Under the pieces are notes generated by a model. The model worked only from the letters and a program-made list of their open reading frames with translations. It was not told where the DNA came from and ran no database searches. Made by a program: the position numbers and the translations under genes. DNA of 64,000 nt from Podarcis tiliguerta (taxonomy: Eukaryota), in the NCBI GenBank assembly GCA_965153285.1, contig OZ229115.1. One strand, written 5' to 3'. Positions 22,435-34,000 of this stretch are shown piece by piece. Position 1 is the stretch's first letter. Every line of letters starts with the position of its first letter.

Positions 22435-24137
22435 CCAAATTATTACAGCAAAATAAGTTTATCTGCTGTACAGATGTTACACTCATATCAATAAGTGCCA
22501 ATAAATTGGAGACAAATTATTCCCTGAAATTAGTCTTGGCACAAAAGCCTTCGTTTCAACTCAGAATAGTGTAATAATTCTTTCTGAAAAAAATTAGCTG
22601 GTCAAAATGTTAACTGAAGTAATTGTTACTCCTATGACAAACATTGGCTAACTGAAATTTACATAATCAATTCTGCAGCATATAAACATTACAGATTTAT
22701 ATCCATAATTATCAATTTGTCACTTAACAGGTCTTCAACTCACAAATGTGCTTTAATTTTAAAACTTTGGTGGTGTCAAAAACAACTGATATCAAGGTAA
22801 TAAAAAATCCAACATTCAGAACACCATCAATGAAAAATAGTCCATTCTTGTCCAGCTTGAAGTAACTTTTGTCCCAGGTGTTGTCCAACACAAAAATCAA
22901 TTATGGAAATATGTTTTTAAAAAAGGTTTGCCTGCAGATCATAACGAATACTTACAATACACCAATGTTTCCAAAAGGTACTGTATAATGTAGCTTCAAC
23001 ATAAGCAGCATTTTCACTTTGATCTCACAAATAATACAAATAAGGAAACTAAATAAAAGTACAAAAAGGGATTCTGAAACATACTGTTTTAACATAATGC
23101 CCCCATGCTTTGGGAGCAGTACCTCATGCATAGATCTTGAGGTTCCATTTACACAAATATAAAATAAACTGATTCCCAAAACCACACATTTACAAGTCTC
23201 TACAATGAGAAAGTTTATAATATTGAAAAAGACTACTTTTCAAACGATAACCGGAATGGCAATTATTAACAGTAGGGTAGAAAACTACACCGTGTCCATC
23301 ACAGACAAATCTGAATCTGTAGTACACCTTATATCTCACCGACCGTCCTGTCCCCTGCCATGAGGGTGTCTCATCAGCACTAGGTCATGAGAGGCACAGC
23401 ATGGCCAGATTTAGAAATTCAAGAATGTACAGAAGTACAACAAAAGAAAGGGTTTCCCAGTACCTTAAGTCATGCTACAATGACATGATAAATACGGAAA
23501 ACAATCATTTACTAAGAAAAGAAGTGCAACCAAGTTGTGACCTTCTACTACATCTATTCAAAATAGTAGACAAGTTTCAGGTCATAATCTGCAAACCTCT
23601 TGTAACAGTTTACAATTAAATTAGACATTCATACTTGCTAGGCTTGAAAATAACATCTTCTCTATTGATTAAATACTGTGGTTATGCATAAACCATTAGA
23701 AATGAAGTATGACTGTCTGGTGCACTAGTTATTTAAATAAACTATGCAGAATGTAATTTACAGCCTTGGTCAACTAATCATTTTTGGCTCTTAGAACTTT
23801 GTTCTCCAGTGGCACAATTTTGTCAGTGTATGTATGCAAAGAACATGAATGTTGAATTCAACAACTTGATACAAGGAGTGAAAAGTCTTATTACCAGCCT
23901 GCTCCTAGCCTCTGAAGACAAGACTAAATCCCTTTCCATAATGTTAAAAATGCCTAGCAAAAGCCAAATGAACAAAAGGTAAGGGCAACCCCATCACTTT
24001 TCTGAAGAGTGACCCTTGTCCCTAAACAATTCCCTGAAGTCAGTTCTGCATCACATGCAACAAGCATGCTATTCCATTTAACAGAGAGTGATCAATTCAT
24101 GTGATGCCCTCCAGCCATCACGTAGAAGTCTCCAGTA

Positions 24138-24280
24138 TCATGTGGAACAGCAAAGTGCTATTTGCTGCACTTTGCCCAAGTCTGTGAGGAGTTGTTTTAT
24201 ACAATGTTTGAGTTGGGGGAGTCTAGCTAGTGGTTCTGGTGGCTCCAGCTCTCCAGTATAATCCAACCAGCTCTCCAAAA
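24138..24280 (-). CDS. PHF20: PHF20 terminal coding exon
   Basis: ttccag|TTTTGG; [24 protein letters not shown]...CCST TGA. Confidence 0.95.
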
Positions 24281-27200
24281 CTGGAAGAAAAAAAGAATAA
24301 TGTTTAAAAATGTGCACACATCAGTCACTGGTAACTAATTTGTACTAGAGGATTGGAAAATAGCCAACAAAATGTCAATTTTTTAAAAAGGCTCTGGGAA
24401 ATCACAGGCCAGTTAGAGTATCTGCTAGAAAAACGAAGTATATAAAAAGAACAAATCAGAATGGGTTCTACAAAGGGAATAAAGTTCTGCCTCATCACAT
24501 TTTGAAATTCTGCCAATAAGCGCATGGATGTGGTGATCCAGTAGGATCATATGCTTGGACTTGCCAAAAGCTTTTTGTCAGGGTGGTTCCCCAAAGGTTT
24601 GCAAGTAAAGTCATAGAGTAAGAAGGCAGGCAGTACTATGGATTAGTAAATGGCTAAAAAGAAAACAGAGAACAGGAATAAGCTCCCACCATTTATCCAC
24701 TATGGAGTGATGGTGTTATCGGAACCAGTGCTATTTAACCTCTTCATCCATAGACCTGGATTAGGGATGAACATTGAAGTAGGCAAATTTGCAGAAACCA
24801 AATTATCTGGATTTATTATAGTGAAAATTCAGGTAGACTGTGACGGCTCCAAAAGACTCTCCTCATTCTAGATGAATGAGCAAGAAAATGGCAAATGGGG
24901 TTCAAAACTATAAAGTGGTGCACAATTAAGGCAAAAAAATTCATAACTTCCCAAGTACACTCTTGGGATTTCAGGTGGCAATGGCTACACAGGAAAGGCA
25001 TATATTGGGTTGTGGTGGATAGCTCAATGACAATATGAATTCTGAGCATGGCAGCTATGCCAAAGAATTATTAGGAAAGAGGTTGAAAGAAATTTGAATG
25101 TGTTTACACGTTACATAGAATTATAGAGTTGGAAGGAAGCACAAGGGTCATCTGGTCCAACCCCCTGCAATGCAGGAATCTCTTTGCCCAACATGGGGCT
25201 CAAACCCATGACCTTGAGATTAAGAGTCTCATGCTCCACCAGCTGCTGGAAAGATAACTTTGTAAGCTGGCAAAGGTTGTAGAAAAGGGAAGAACAAATC
25301 ATTACCATCCAGCTCCTTTTCAATTAAATCCATCCTATGAGTAACTTCATCTTGCAGAGACTCAACATGGGCCAGAAGGTTAAGTTGCCACTGCAGCTGG
25401 GAATTCACAACTCCTTCCTTGTCTTTCTCCAGCAGTTTTACTTCAATAGCTTCCTCCGATGTGACTTTTTCTCTTACCTATCAAAATACACAAATTAATG
25501 ATGCTTATAGGCATTAAATCAGTCAATGTAATTTAAAGGAAAAGTTAAAGGTTTACTGAATAATCTGGCTCTACAAATGGGGCTACTTCTGGATCAAAAG
25601 ACAGAGTATAAATAGATACAGTGGAACCTTGGTCCTTGAATGGCTTAATTGACAAACAAATTAGCTCCCGAATGCTGAAAACCCAGAAGTGTTCCGGTTT
25701 TTGAACGTTTTTCGGAAGCCGAATGTCCAATGGCTGTCGGCTGTTTCTGGGGTGCCTGCGCCAATTGGAAGCTGCTCCTTGGTTTTCAAACGTTTTGGAA
25801 GTCAAACGGACTTCTGGAACGGATTAAGTTCGAGAACCAAGGTTCAATTGTATATCAGTAAGTTCCTTTGTCAGATGCTGCAGAACTCTGGGTTTTATGA
25901 CTACAAGCTGTTTTTCATAGTACAGTTGGGAAAATAATATGGAGTATTAACACAAACATTAAAACAACACATATTAAAGCTTGTGTACTCTTATGGATAT
26001 GTCTTAATATATGGTTCATATACAGTCATCACAGAAGTAAGCCCTAAGAGAATCACAGAGTAAAAATCCTGTTGTATTATATAGAAAATACTTCCACTCT
26101 GAAAGCTAGTTAACTTTTCTTTTTTTTAAAAAAAGGGGACACCCAAATTAGAACAGAATGTAACCTTTCTAAATAATAGATAGGCACGTTAGTTCTATAC
26201 AGCTCTCCTGACAAATAGTCTATACTCTGAAATTTCATCACAATTTTCCGATGTGAGGGGTTGCACAGGTTGTATCAAATGGAGTCCCTTGTGCTGACAG
26301 AAGGCTTTTGGATTCAGCAGAGGATTTTGCCAGTGGAATAGGGACGGAGATGATATTACCGATTCCCCCTCCTGGTGATGCCCTCTGTATGTGTCCAAAA
26401 TCTACTTTAAGGAGTTAAGAGAACCTCCGGAACAGTCTAAGATATGGGGAAAAATCACTTCCCTTCAGTTTCCTCTAAAATTGATCAAAGAGCCTTCTGT
26501 TGGTGCAAGGAGCAGCATTAGATACAGCCTGCAATTCTCACCTTTGCATTTTATTTTCTATTTCCTATTGTTGGCCAGCAATGTATTATATGTATATTTC
26601 TATTTCCATTAGCAACTACTCAGAATTTCCAAGTTGTATGGACAGGTATGCTGCCTCATCCTCCATATACAAGCTCGGCTCTTCCCTGTGCAGGGATTAT
26701 CATATCTATTTGTGTTGGAGATAAGATTTTCCTTCTCCCAGCTGCGGAAAGTCAGAAATACTTCAATGCAACATACCTTAGAGTAGTTATGTTTCGATTC
26801 ATTTTCAAACTTGTGTATTTCTCTATCCAGCTCCCATCCTAATCTCTCTACTATAGTATCATCTCCATTCTCTCTTATCCTATTGACACCATCATCAATG
26901 TCTGAATTTCTGGTTTCCACGACAAGTCTCTGTTCTATAGCAGGATAGTAGGCTCGAGGTTTTTGGTAACAGTGTTCACTAGTGATATATGATTCCTCTA
27001 CAGAAGGAATGGTTGAAGGTTTCTCAATGGTTCCATTAAAAGTTCTGTAACTTGTAGTCTCCTCTTTGCAACAGTTTTCATCAATATGAATGAGGCGCGT
27101 GCTGTGTGATTTTTCATCTACTTCAAGATGCTTCCAAGGCTGACACCAGAGCTTCAAGTCAGGATGTTCTTTGCTTCTGATGAAAAAAGTAAATAAGTGG

Positions 27201-30200
27201 AAGTCAAGACTAAAAACTTTTACAGACGATTCAGATGACCTACCCCCCTTTTCTCCAAGAACATCAGAAGTTTTCACTTCTGCTAAGAATTAACCATGGT
27301 CAAGTGTGCAGTCAAGTGTAGTCAATAAACTATGGTCAGCTTAATAAAATATGGTTTAAAGTTGGTTTATTTCAGCTAACTATAGTCGAGATCAGTTTGT
27401 CTAGGATTGGATGGCATGGCCAGCTGTGGTTAATTTAAGATGAAAGTGACAGTTTCTGAACTCTCTCGTTGCAGCTATACTAGAAGAGGTGGGAGCACAT
27501 GAGATGAAAGGTCACTGTGTCCAGTTCTCAAGATGGGTTAGCAGCAAGGCCACACTAGCCTATTACAAATTCAGATCTACAGTACAGAACGCCATACACA
27601 ACAGAGATCTATCTGCAATGCTAACCACACTTGCTTATTCAAAAATCTAGTGGTATGATTCAAGTGAGAACTTGCAAAAACAATGCTTACTGCAAAATGC
27701 TCATCTTCAGTTGAAGTCCATGCAGTACTTCTATCACTTTTTGCACATCGCCAAGAAGTTGGTGCGTAGCAACTATTTTCTTAGCATTCTGGTGGGAATA
27801 ATTTTCTCCCAAAAATGTTAAGCCATGCATGTGACCACTGCACAACCACTCCTTCTCATACCAGTATTTCAAACTGGATCTCTTACCTGAAGCAGAATAA
27901 TGAGAGGGTAAGATTACAAAAGTAAATATATGAAAACTCTTGATCAAAAAATTCTCATATTCTACTACTTAATCTTTATTCTCTTCCCCCACTCTCCAAT
28001 AATAGCAGCTTTTAAAAAGGAATAGTACAAAGTCAACTTTAAAGTGCGATTGCAAAAGAAAAAAATCTACTCCCCACCCATTTGCTTCAAACAAGGATGA
28101 CATTTAGTAATACTCAAATTCTGTCTTGGGTTTTAAAAAAATAGTGAATTGGATATCGTTTAACTAAAGTAAAAACTAGCGAGTATCAAAATGCAAGTCC
28201 TATGATGCAGAATTTCATTTGAAGCCAGTCTAAGAAGGCTTGGAAGCTGGTAAAAGACACAAAGGATGTAATCAGATCTACACTAGCCCACTGAACATAG
28301 TGGAACTTTCTTCTGTATAAACACACACACAGAAATCTTTATCTGAAATTTAGTTAACCACATCTTTGCACTTGAATATAAACACACAAAATCTTGGTTC
28401 CAAGTGAGGAGAAAGCTACTGCCGCCACTGCACAAAAAACCTGTTTCCTTATGGCAATGAAAAGATAGGTGCTGCTGTGACAGTGAGTTTGTTTTGGTTT
28501 CAGCAGCACCTTCCTTGGGAGGAGTGCAAGAGAAGGGAAAAGCCAGAATTGGGCTCGCCTGTTGCAGTCGTGTATTCTGGTCACCATCTCTACACAGCTG
28601 TATCCTAGAGGCACAAGAACAGTTTTTCCTTTTCAAAAGGTACAAATTATACTGACAGAAGCCATTTGGCTGAAAACAGGTCAGTTTAACCTCTTTTCCA
28701 CATGCTATTATATACAACTATCATTGCAGCGAGGGCCCAAAATTGCTCATTCTCCATTCTCCTTTAGTGGAGAAGTCACATCTCCCCTTGAATATGCAAA
28801 CAGAATAGGTTCTATCTGGCAGGGAGATGGAGATTTGGCCGATAATAATGCATAATGCATTTCCCAGAAGGTGTCAAGCTACCTCCCTGAGGGATACGAT
28901 TGACTTCTGACTGGCTGGATACAGCCACCTGTCAATCAAGACCCAGCTAGGTCAGAAACTCTTCAAAAGATGACTGTTGCCAAACAGTCTCTTGTTCCTC
29001 AACTGACCATCTGCTGCTATATGTGAGGAGACCAGAAGCCCTTATCAAAGTAGCTATACTGGAATAGATGAGACTTGAACTAAAATGTTCTTTTTGTTAT
29101 TTTCTGCCTCTTCCATTTGCCCCCTTCCTTCCTTTTCTATTCTTAAGAGTCTTCATAAAATTTAGCTGTTGGGGTCCTGAATGCATTTGAGCCCAAACTC
29201 TCAGGGTTATTCCAACCTCTCATGTTATAGTCACTTGATTCATGCTGTGTGTGTGCTATGAGTGGGAGGAACAGATAAACTGGATGCAATCTCTGCTTCC
29301 CCTTTGCAAGCATCTGCCTTGGATCCCTGGAAACCACGCCCATCTGGGGTTAGAAGGAACATGCCTGGTAGCCTCTGGCACTACTGGTCTCCCCAGAATG
29401 GCAGTCGTGGAACAAAGGGAGTAATAAGTTATTTACCTCACTTCCATTACAATCGTTGTAAGTGGATTCATTTGGAATGCTCCTAACAGTATGAATTAAA
29501 TGACAAGGAAAACAAAGTTCCATCTAATGTATCACTTCAGATGCATAATAATGTAAACTTGCAAATTAACAAGAGATAAGTCAATAACAAAATCAAATAG
29601 GGCGTATTTAAAAGAGACAAGACAATAATAATAATAATTACTACATACTATTAGAAGACTCTGCAACCTTAGAAATCTTTGTACCTGGAGGATCTTGACA
29701 AATATAGCAGGTATATTTCTCAGGTACATTATCTTCTAATAGACCCATGCAGACTCCATGCTGCCAACAGAGACATTCTTCACACTGTTGTAAGTCAAAT
29801 AAACAGAACTAGATCAATACAAAGTATGCATCACACACACACAGAAACACTTTAAAGGTATTTTAGAGGCCTAAATATATGACTGTATATTGCTGGTGCA
29901 TATTTCTTTTACAAACAGAATAAATGAAAAAGAGAAGAGTTGTTATAGGAAATTATTCTTTTTCTCCTTAAAATGGAAAATTACAAACTATGCAACATGG
30001 AAATCAGGTAGCAAGAAAATAAATCAGGAAATATCAGGTCAATATATCTATAGAGAAATTATGTCAGAAGCAAAAACTTAAGTTTTCCCATGTGAATGTA
30101 ACACCTTTGGAAGGAAAATAAACATATAGTCTTGTGTATTAGAACTAGTGGAGGCCAAATCGGCCCCAACACCTGCTGTATCAAGCTAAGCATACCAAAC

Positions 30201-30990
30201 TATTTCCCTCAATAAACTGAACTATTTCGAATCTAATCCCATTTTTTCCTGTGTTATTAATGGATCTTCTGTTTCCACCAGGATCTTCTGGTCTTTCCCT
30301 CTTATGAATCTCAAAACTCTCAGCCTGCATCTCCCTCACCTATTTATCTAAACTGCTGCTCTAGCAGCAGTTAAATGGCTGGAATGTGAGCCAGATACCA
30401 GGAGACTTAGATATGTCATCCTCAGGACTATGTTAAATGAGAAGACTACATCACTACCTGCTCCCAAGCCAGGCATCAGAATGGGAGAAGTAGGCCATCC
30501 TCTATCGCTACCACCATTATAGTTAACAAGCCAGGTAAACTTGGATGGTAGGGAGGAGGGCTTAGTTCTCCAGCTTCCTGAGTGAAAAATGCCTACCCCT
30601 TCTTTACACAAGCGAAGTACAGCCTTGAGTTACAGGGAGGGAGGACACAACATGTTTGTACAGTAATGGAATTTTGGGGGTTTTCTTAGGAAGATTAAAA
30701 GAGCTCTATGTCATTCTAAAATCTTAAGAATTTGTTCTAAGTGCTACTACATTAGCATTCACCTAAGCATGAATTGCACAAGCAAGGGTTACAGGTAAGA
30801 ACAATTCAGAACATTCTTAGGGATAATATTTTCAACACAATAAAAGAAGTCAGAAAGTAATAGAAGAGGCAAATGCAAACAATTAAAGTTTTTCATATCT
30901 GACACCATCTACTCTATTATAAAGCAATTTCAGGTAACAGTTAAGCTCCACAGGATCACCATTTTGGGGTTTGGTAATGAGGATTCTCTG

Positions 30991-31023
<33 letters not shown>

Positions 31024-34000
31024 ATCTATACACACACATTATTATAAAACATGCACAAATGAATCTTCCTAATTAAGTACTGTTTGGGCGTACAGGAGAG
31101 TACTGCAATATATTTATTTATTTACAAATATGCAACCTAGACTTTCATGAAAATATAGCAAAGTAGAATCATACAAATCCATAAATATATCAATAAAACT
31201 TCAATTTGTACTTGATAATTACTTATGTGTTTCTATTTACTTCATTACGCTCACAATCTACAACCATGTACCTGAATCATAAAGTCATTTTCTTCCTCCA
31301 CTTCACAAATGCACCGAACAATTTCAAAGTCATTATCGTCGTATTCAAGATCCTCATCAGGATTAGTTGTTACATCAATGTCCTGACTGCAGTCATCGTC
31401 GCTCCAAAGCAAACTATCTGCAGATGACTCACTCAAGGTATCATCCTCTGTGTGCAAAGAATTTAATAGGAATAAAATCTGTGTGAGTAATTCCAGAAAG
31501 CTGCCAAAGGAGGTTGTCATTCTAAACAATGTTAGCAAAAGAATATCCATTGATAAGACTTTCACACATTCCAGATTATGCTTAAAATTGTGTTTCTGTG
31601 CCAGACTCAGATGCTTTGTTAAATTTGTATCCATTACTAAACAAATGTGAGACGTAAGGTGAAACCTAGCCAAACCCTCAATTTCTTGACTGAAAACTGG
31701 GCCAGGAAACAATGTAATAAAAGGAAGCCAGTCTCACTGAAATCAATGAAATTTGTATGCTTTGCTTTGACTGGATCATGCCAACATGCAACTACAACCC
31801 TACACATGCTTACTTTTTCTGTGGAGCTTGCCATCAAGTAATAAGGACTTGCTCCTGAGTAACCATAGCTGCAAGGAAAGTTTCTGACACCAAGTATTTT
31901 CTCTGGCCATAGCCCAATAGTAATCTGCTTATACTGCCTACTCATGGAAGCAATGGTTACACCACTTCCATCTACACAAAAGCTGGTTCCTAAGGGGACA
32001 CTAAACCAAACAGATTCTAATGCTAGAGACCAGCATGTAGTGGTTAGTTGCTTCTGTTCTTGAGGACTACAAAACTAAGCAAATGGATGGCAATCTGGAT
32101 AAAAAACCAACCCAGGCTCAAGGATCACCAGGGGCAGGAGAAAGGTTCAACCCCCAGATCAATTGTGCCCTTGGATGCTCTGATAATTACTCATTTGAGG
32201 AAAGTTAAAAGTGCTGCACTTGTTGTTAACTCTACCAAATCTACTGCAGAGTGTCCTGCAACCCTCAGGAGAATATTCTGGGAGCACATGGGGAGGAAAG
32301 GATGTCCATTCACACAACATTCAATTTCACAACTGAATGACTCTATTAAGATATCATCTATGTTTTCAAGAGATGATAAAGAGTAGTTAATTTAACCTGG
32401 CTGTTTCTACTTTTCTTACTCTGAACAAAAACACTTATAAAAACAGCTACTACAGCAGTGAGAACTTAATAAGAGGAACAAAAAATGTAGTAAATATATT
32501 ATCATATCCCTTATGACTATTATACCATTTTAGCGCACACAGAGAATAATGTGGGAAGCAACAGAAAAGGAGATTAAAGTAAGTGAGCAGAATAAATACA
32601 AAACTCCTCTCCAATAACAGAGGTATGTGATTTTAATGTTATACACACTTAATTTGTCATTGAGGTTTGGCATCTTTAGGTGGTTTGCAACAAAAAGTTC
32701 CAAGTTCCCTATGATTTCAATGAGTTTGCTCAGGAAATATTTAGATCTGGATCTAGAGATATAATTTCTCAATTTTGTATTCAAAGTAATTTGCTGTGGA
32801 GAACTTATTTTCAAGTCTTCAGCTTTTTAAAAGATGTCATATAGTGATTGAAATGGAAAATGCATTTAACTTCAAATTCTAATTTGCTTTAGAGTAGCAG
32901 TGGACATTACCTCTTATAAGTAGGTAAAGGTTGGTTTAAGATTAGAAAAATGTAAGTCACCTTTAAGCAGAAACCAAATCTAGAAGATTTCAGCCTGAAG
33001 GTTGAGCATTCTGGAAAGATACAAATGATTTAAATGCAAGAATTTAGAATGGAAACTGGTGGAATCCAATTCATTTTAAAATAAGTATCAAGGACTTAAT
33101 GTTCATAGATGAGTGGCTGATCTAGGAACAGTGAAGCACACAATTCTGAGCCATACTAGGTCACAGTGTGGCTCTATTAACAAGGACTCGAATACACAAA
33201 AAAATGTTATTCTTCACAGTTGTTGTAAGAATGTTTTCAGATATTATTAAATACTATGAGACAAATCCAAAAGAAAAAACAGGAACCAACTTCCATATAC
33301 AATTATTTTACTTAAAGTGCTGCTCTCTTTACAAGACAAACAACCTTCTTTCCACAATAGCCCACAAGTAATAAGGTGATCATTTTTTTCTGAGCTCACA
33401 CACAAATATACCTGTATACCCCATGCCCATAACACAATACTTTTGTAAGTCAAAGCTTTATATGGGAAACTAATGCAGAGGCAAGCGATATTGTAGCACA
33501 AAGACTTTGCCGGCTGATGCAGCTAGGGAGTAACTGGATCTTTTGTTAATACAACTGAATATTTTCTAATATATCTATAAACTATTAGTGTATAAAAGCA
33601 TCAAATAGTACTTAACAATACTTCTTTAAATTAACAGAGTCATATATTGAACAACTTATCTGCAAATTGGAGGAACTTATCAAGATTAAAGATTTATGAT
33701 TAGGATGCCTTCTCTTTCACTGAAATAACTACACATGGACATGTCTAGATGTGAAACGGGACCAGGAAAAGAAAGTTGAGTGTCATTTTTAGCCATGTTC
33801 TTTCTGTATCAATGGCTGATGGTTCAATGATGTTTATGGCAGCTACATAAAGTATAAACTGTGCCTGTTTTTCAGTGCTGATCCTTCTTCAGGGCTGATC
33901 ATATGATCTGCTTTTTACTATTTACCTCTTACAAAAACTTCATTTCAGCTTCAACAGTGTTTCACAGGTGCTAACAGTTGTGTATTAACATCCACTGCTG

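Noticed and set aside
25190-25246. tRNA-Lys(CTT) gene
   Set aside because: The 5' acceptor stem is missing, the T-arm is mutated, and it is fused to a CR1-type tail. It is a SINE.
33850-33895. CTGAAGA...GAAA hammerhead-like core on the PHF20 sense strand
   Set aside because: Helix II has only 2 bp and helix I does not close. Probably chance or a very decayed remnant.
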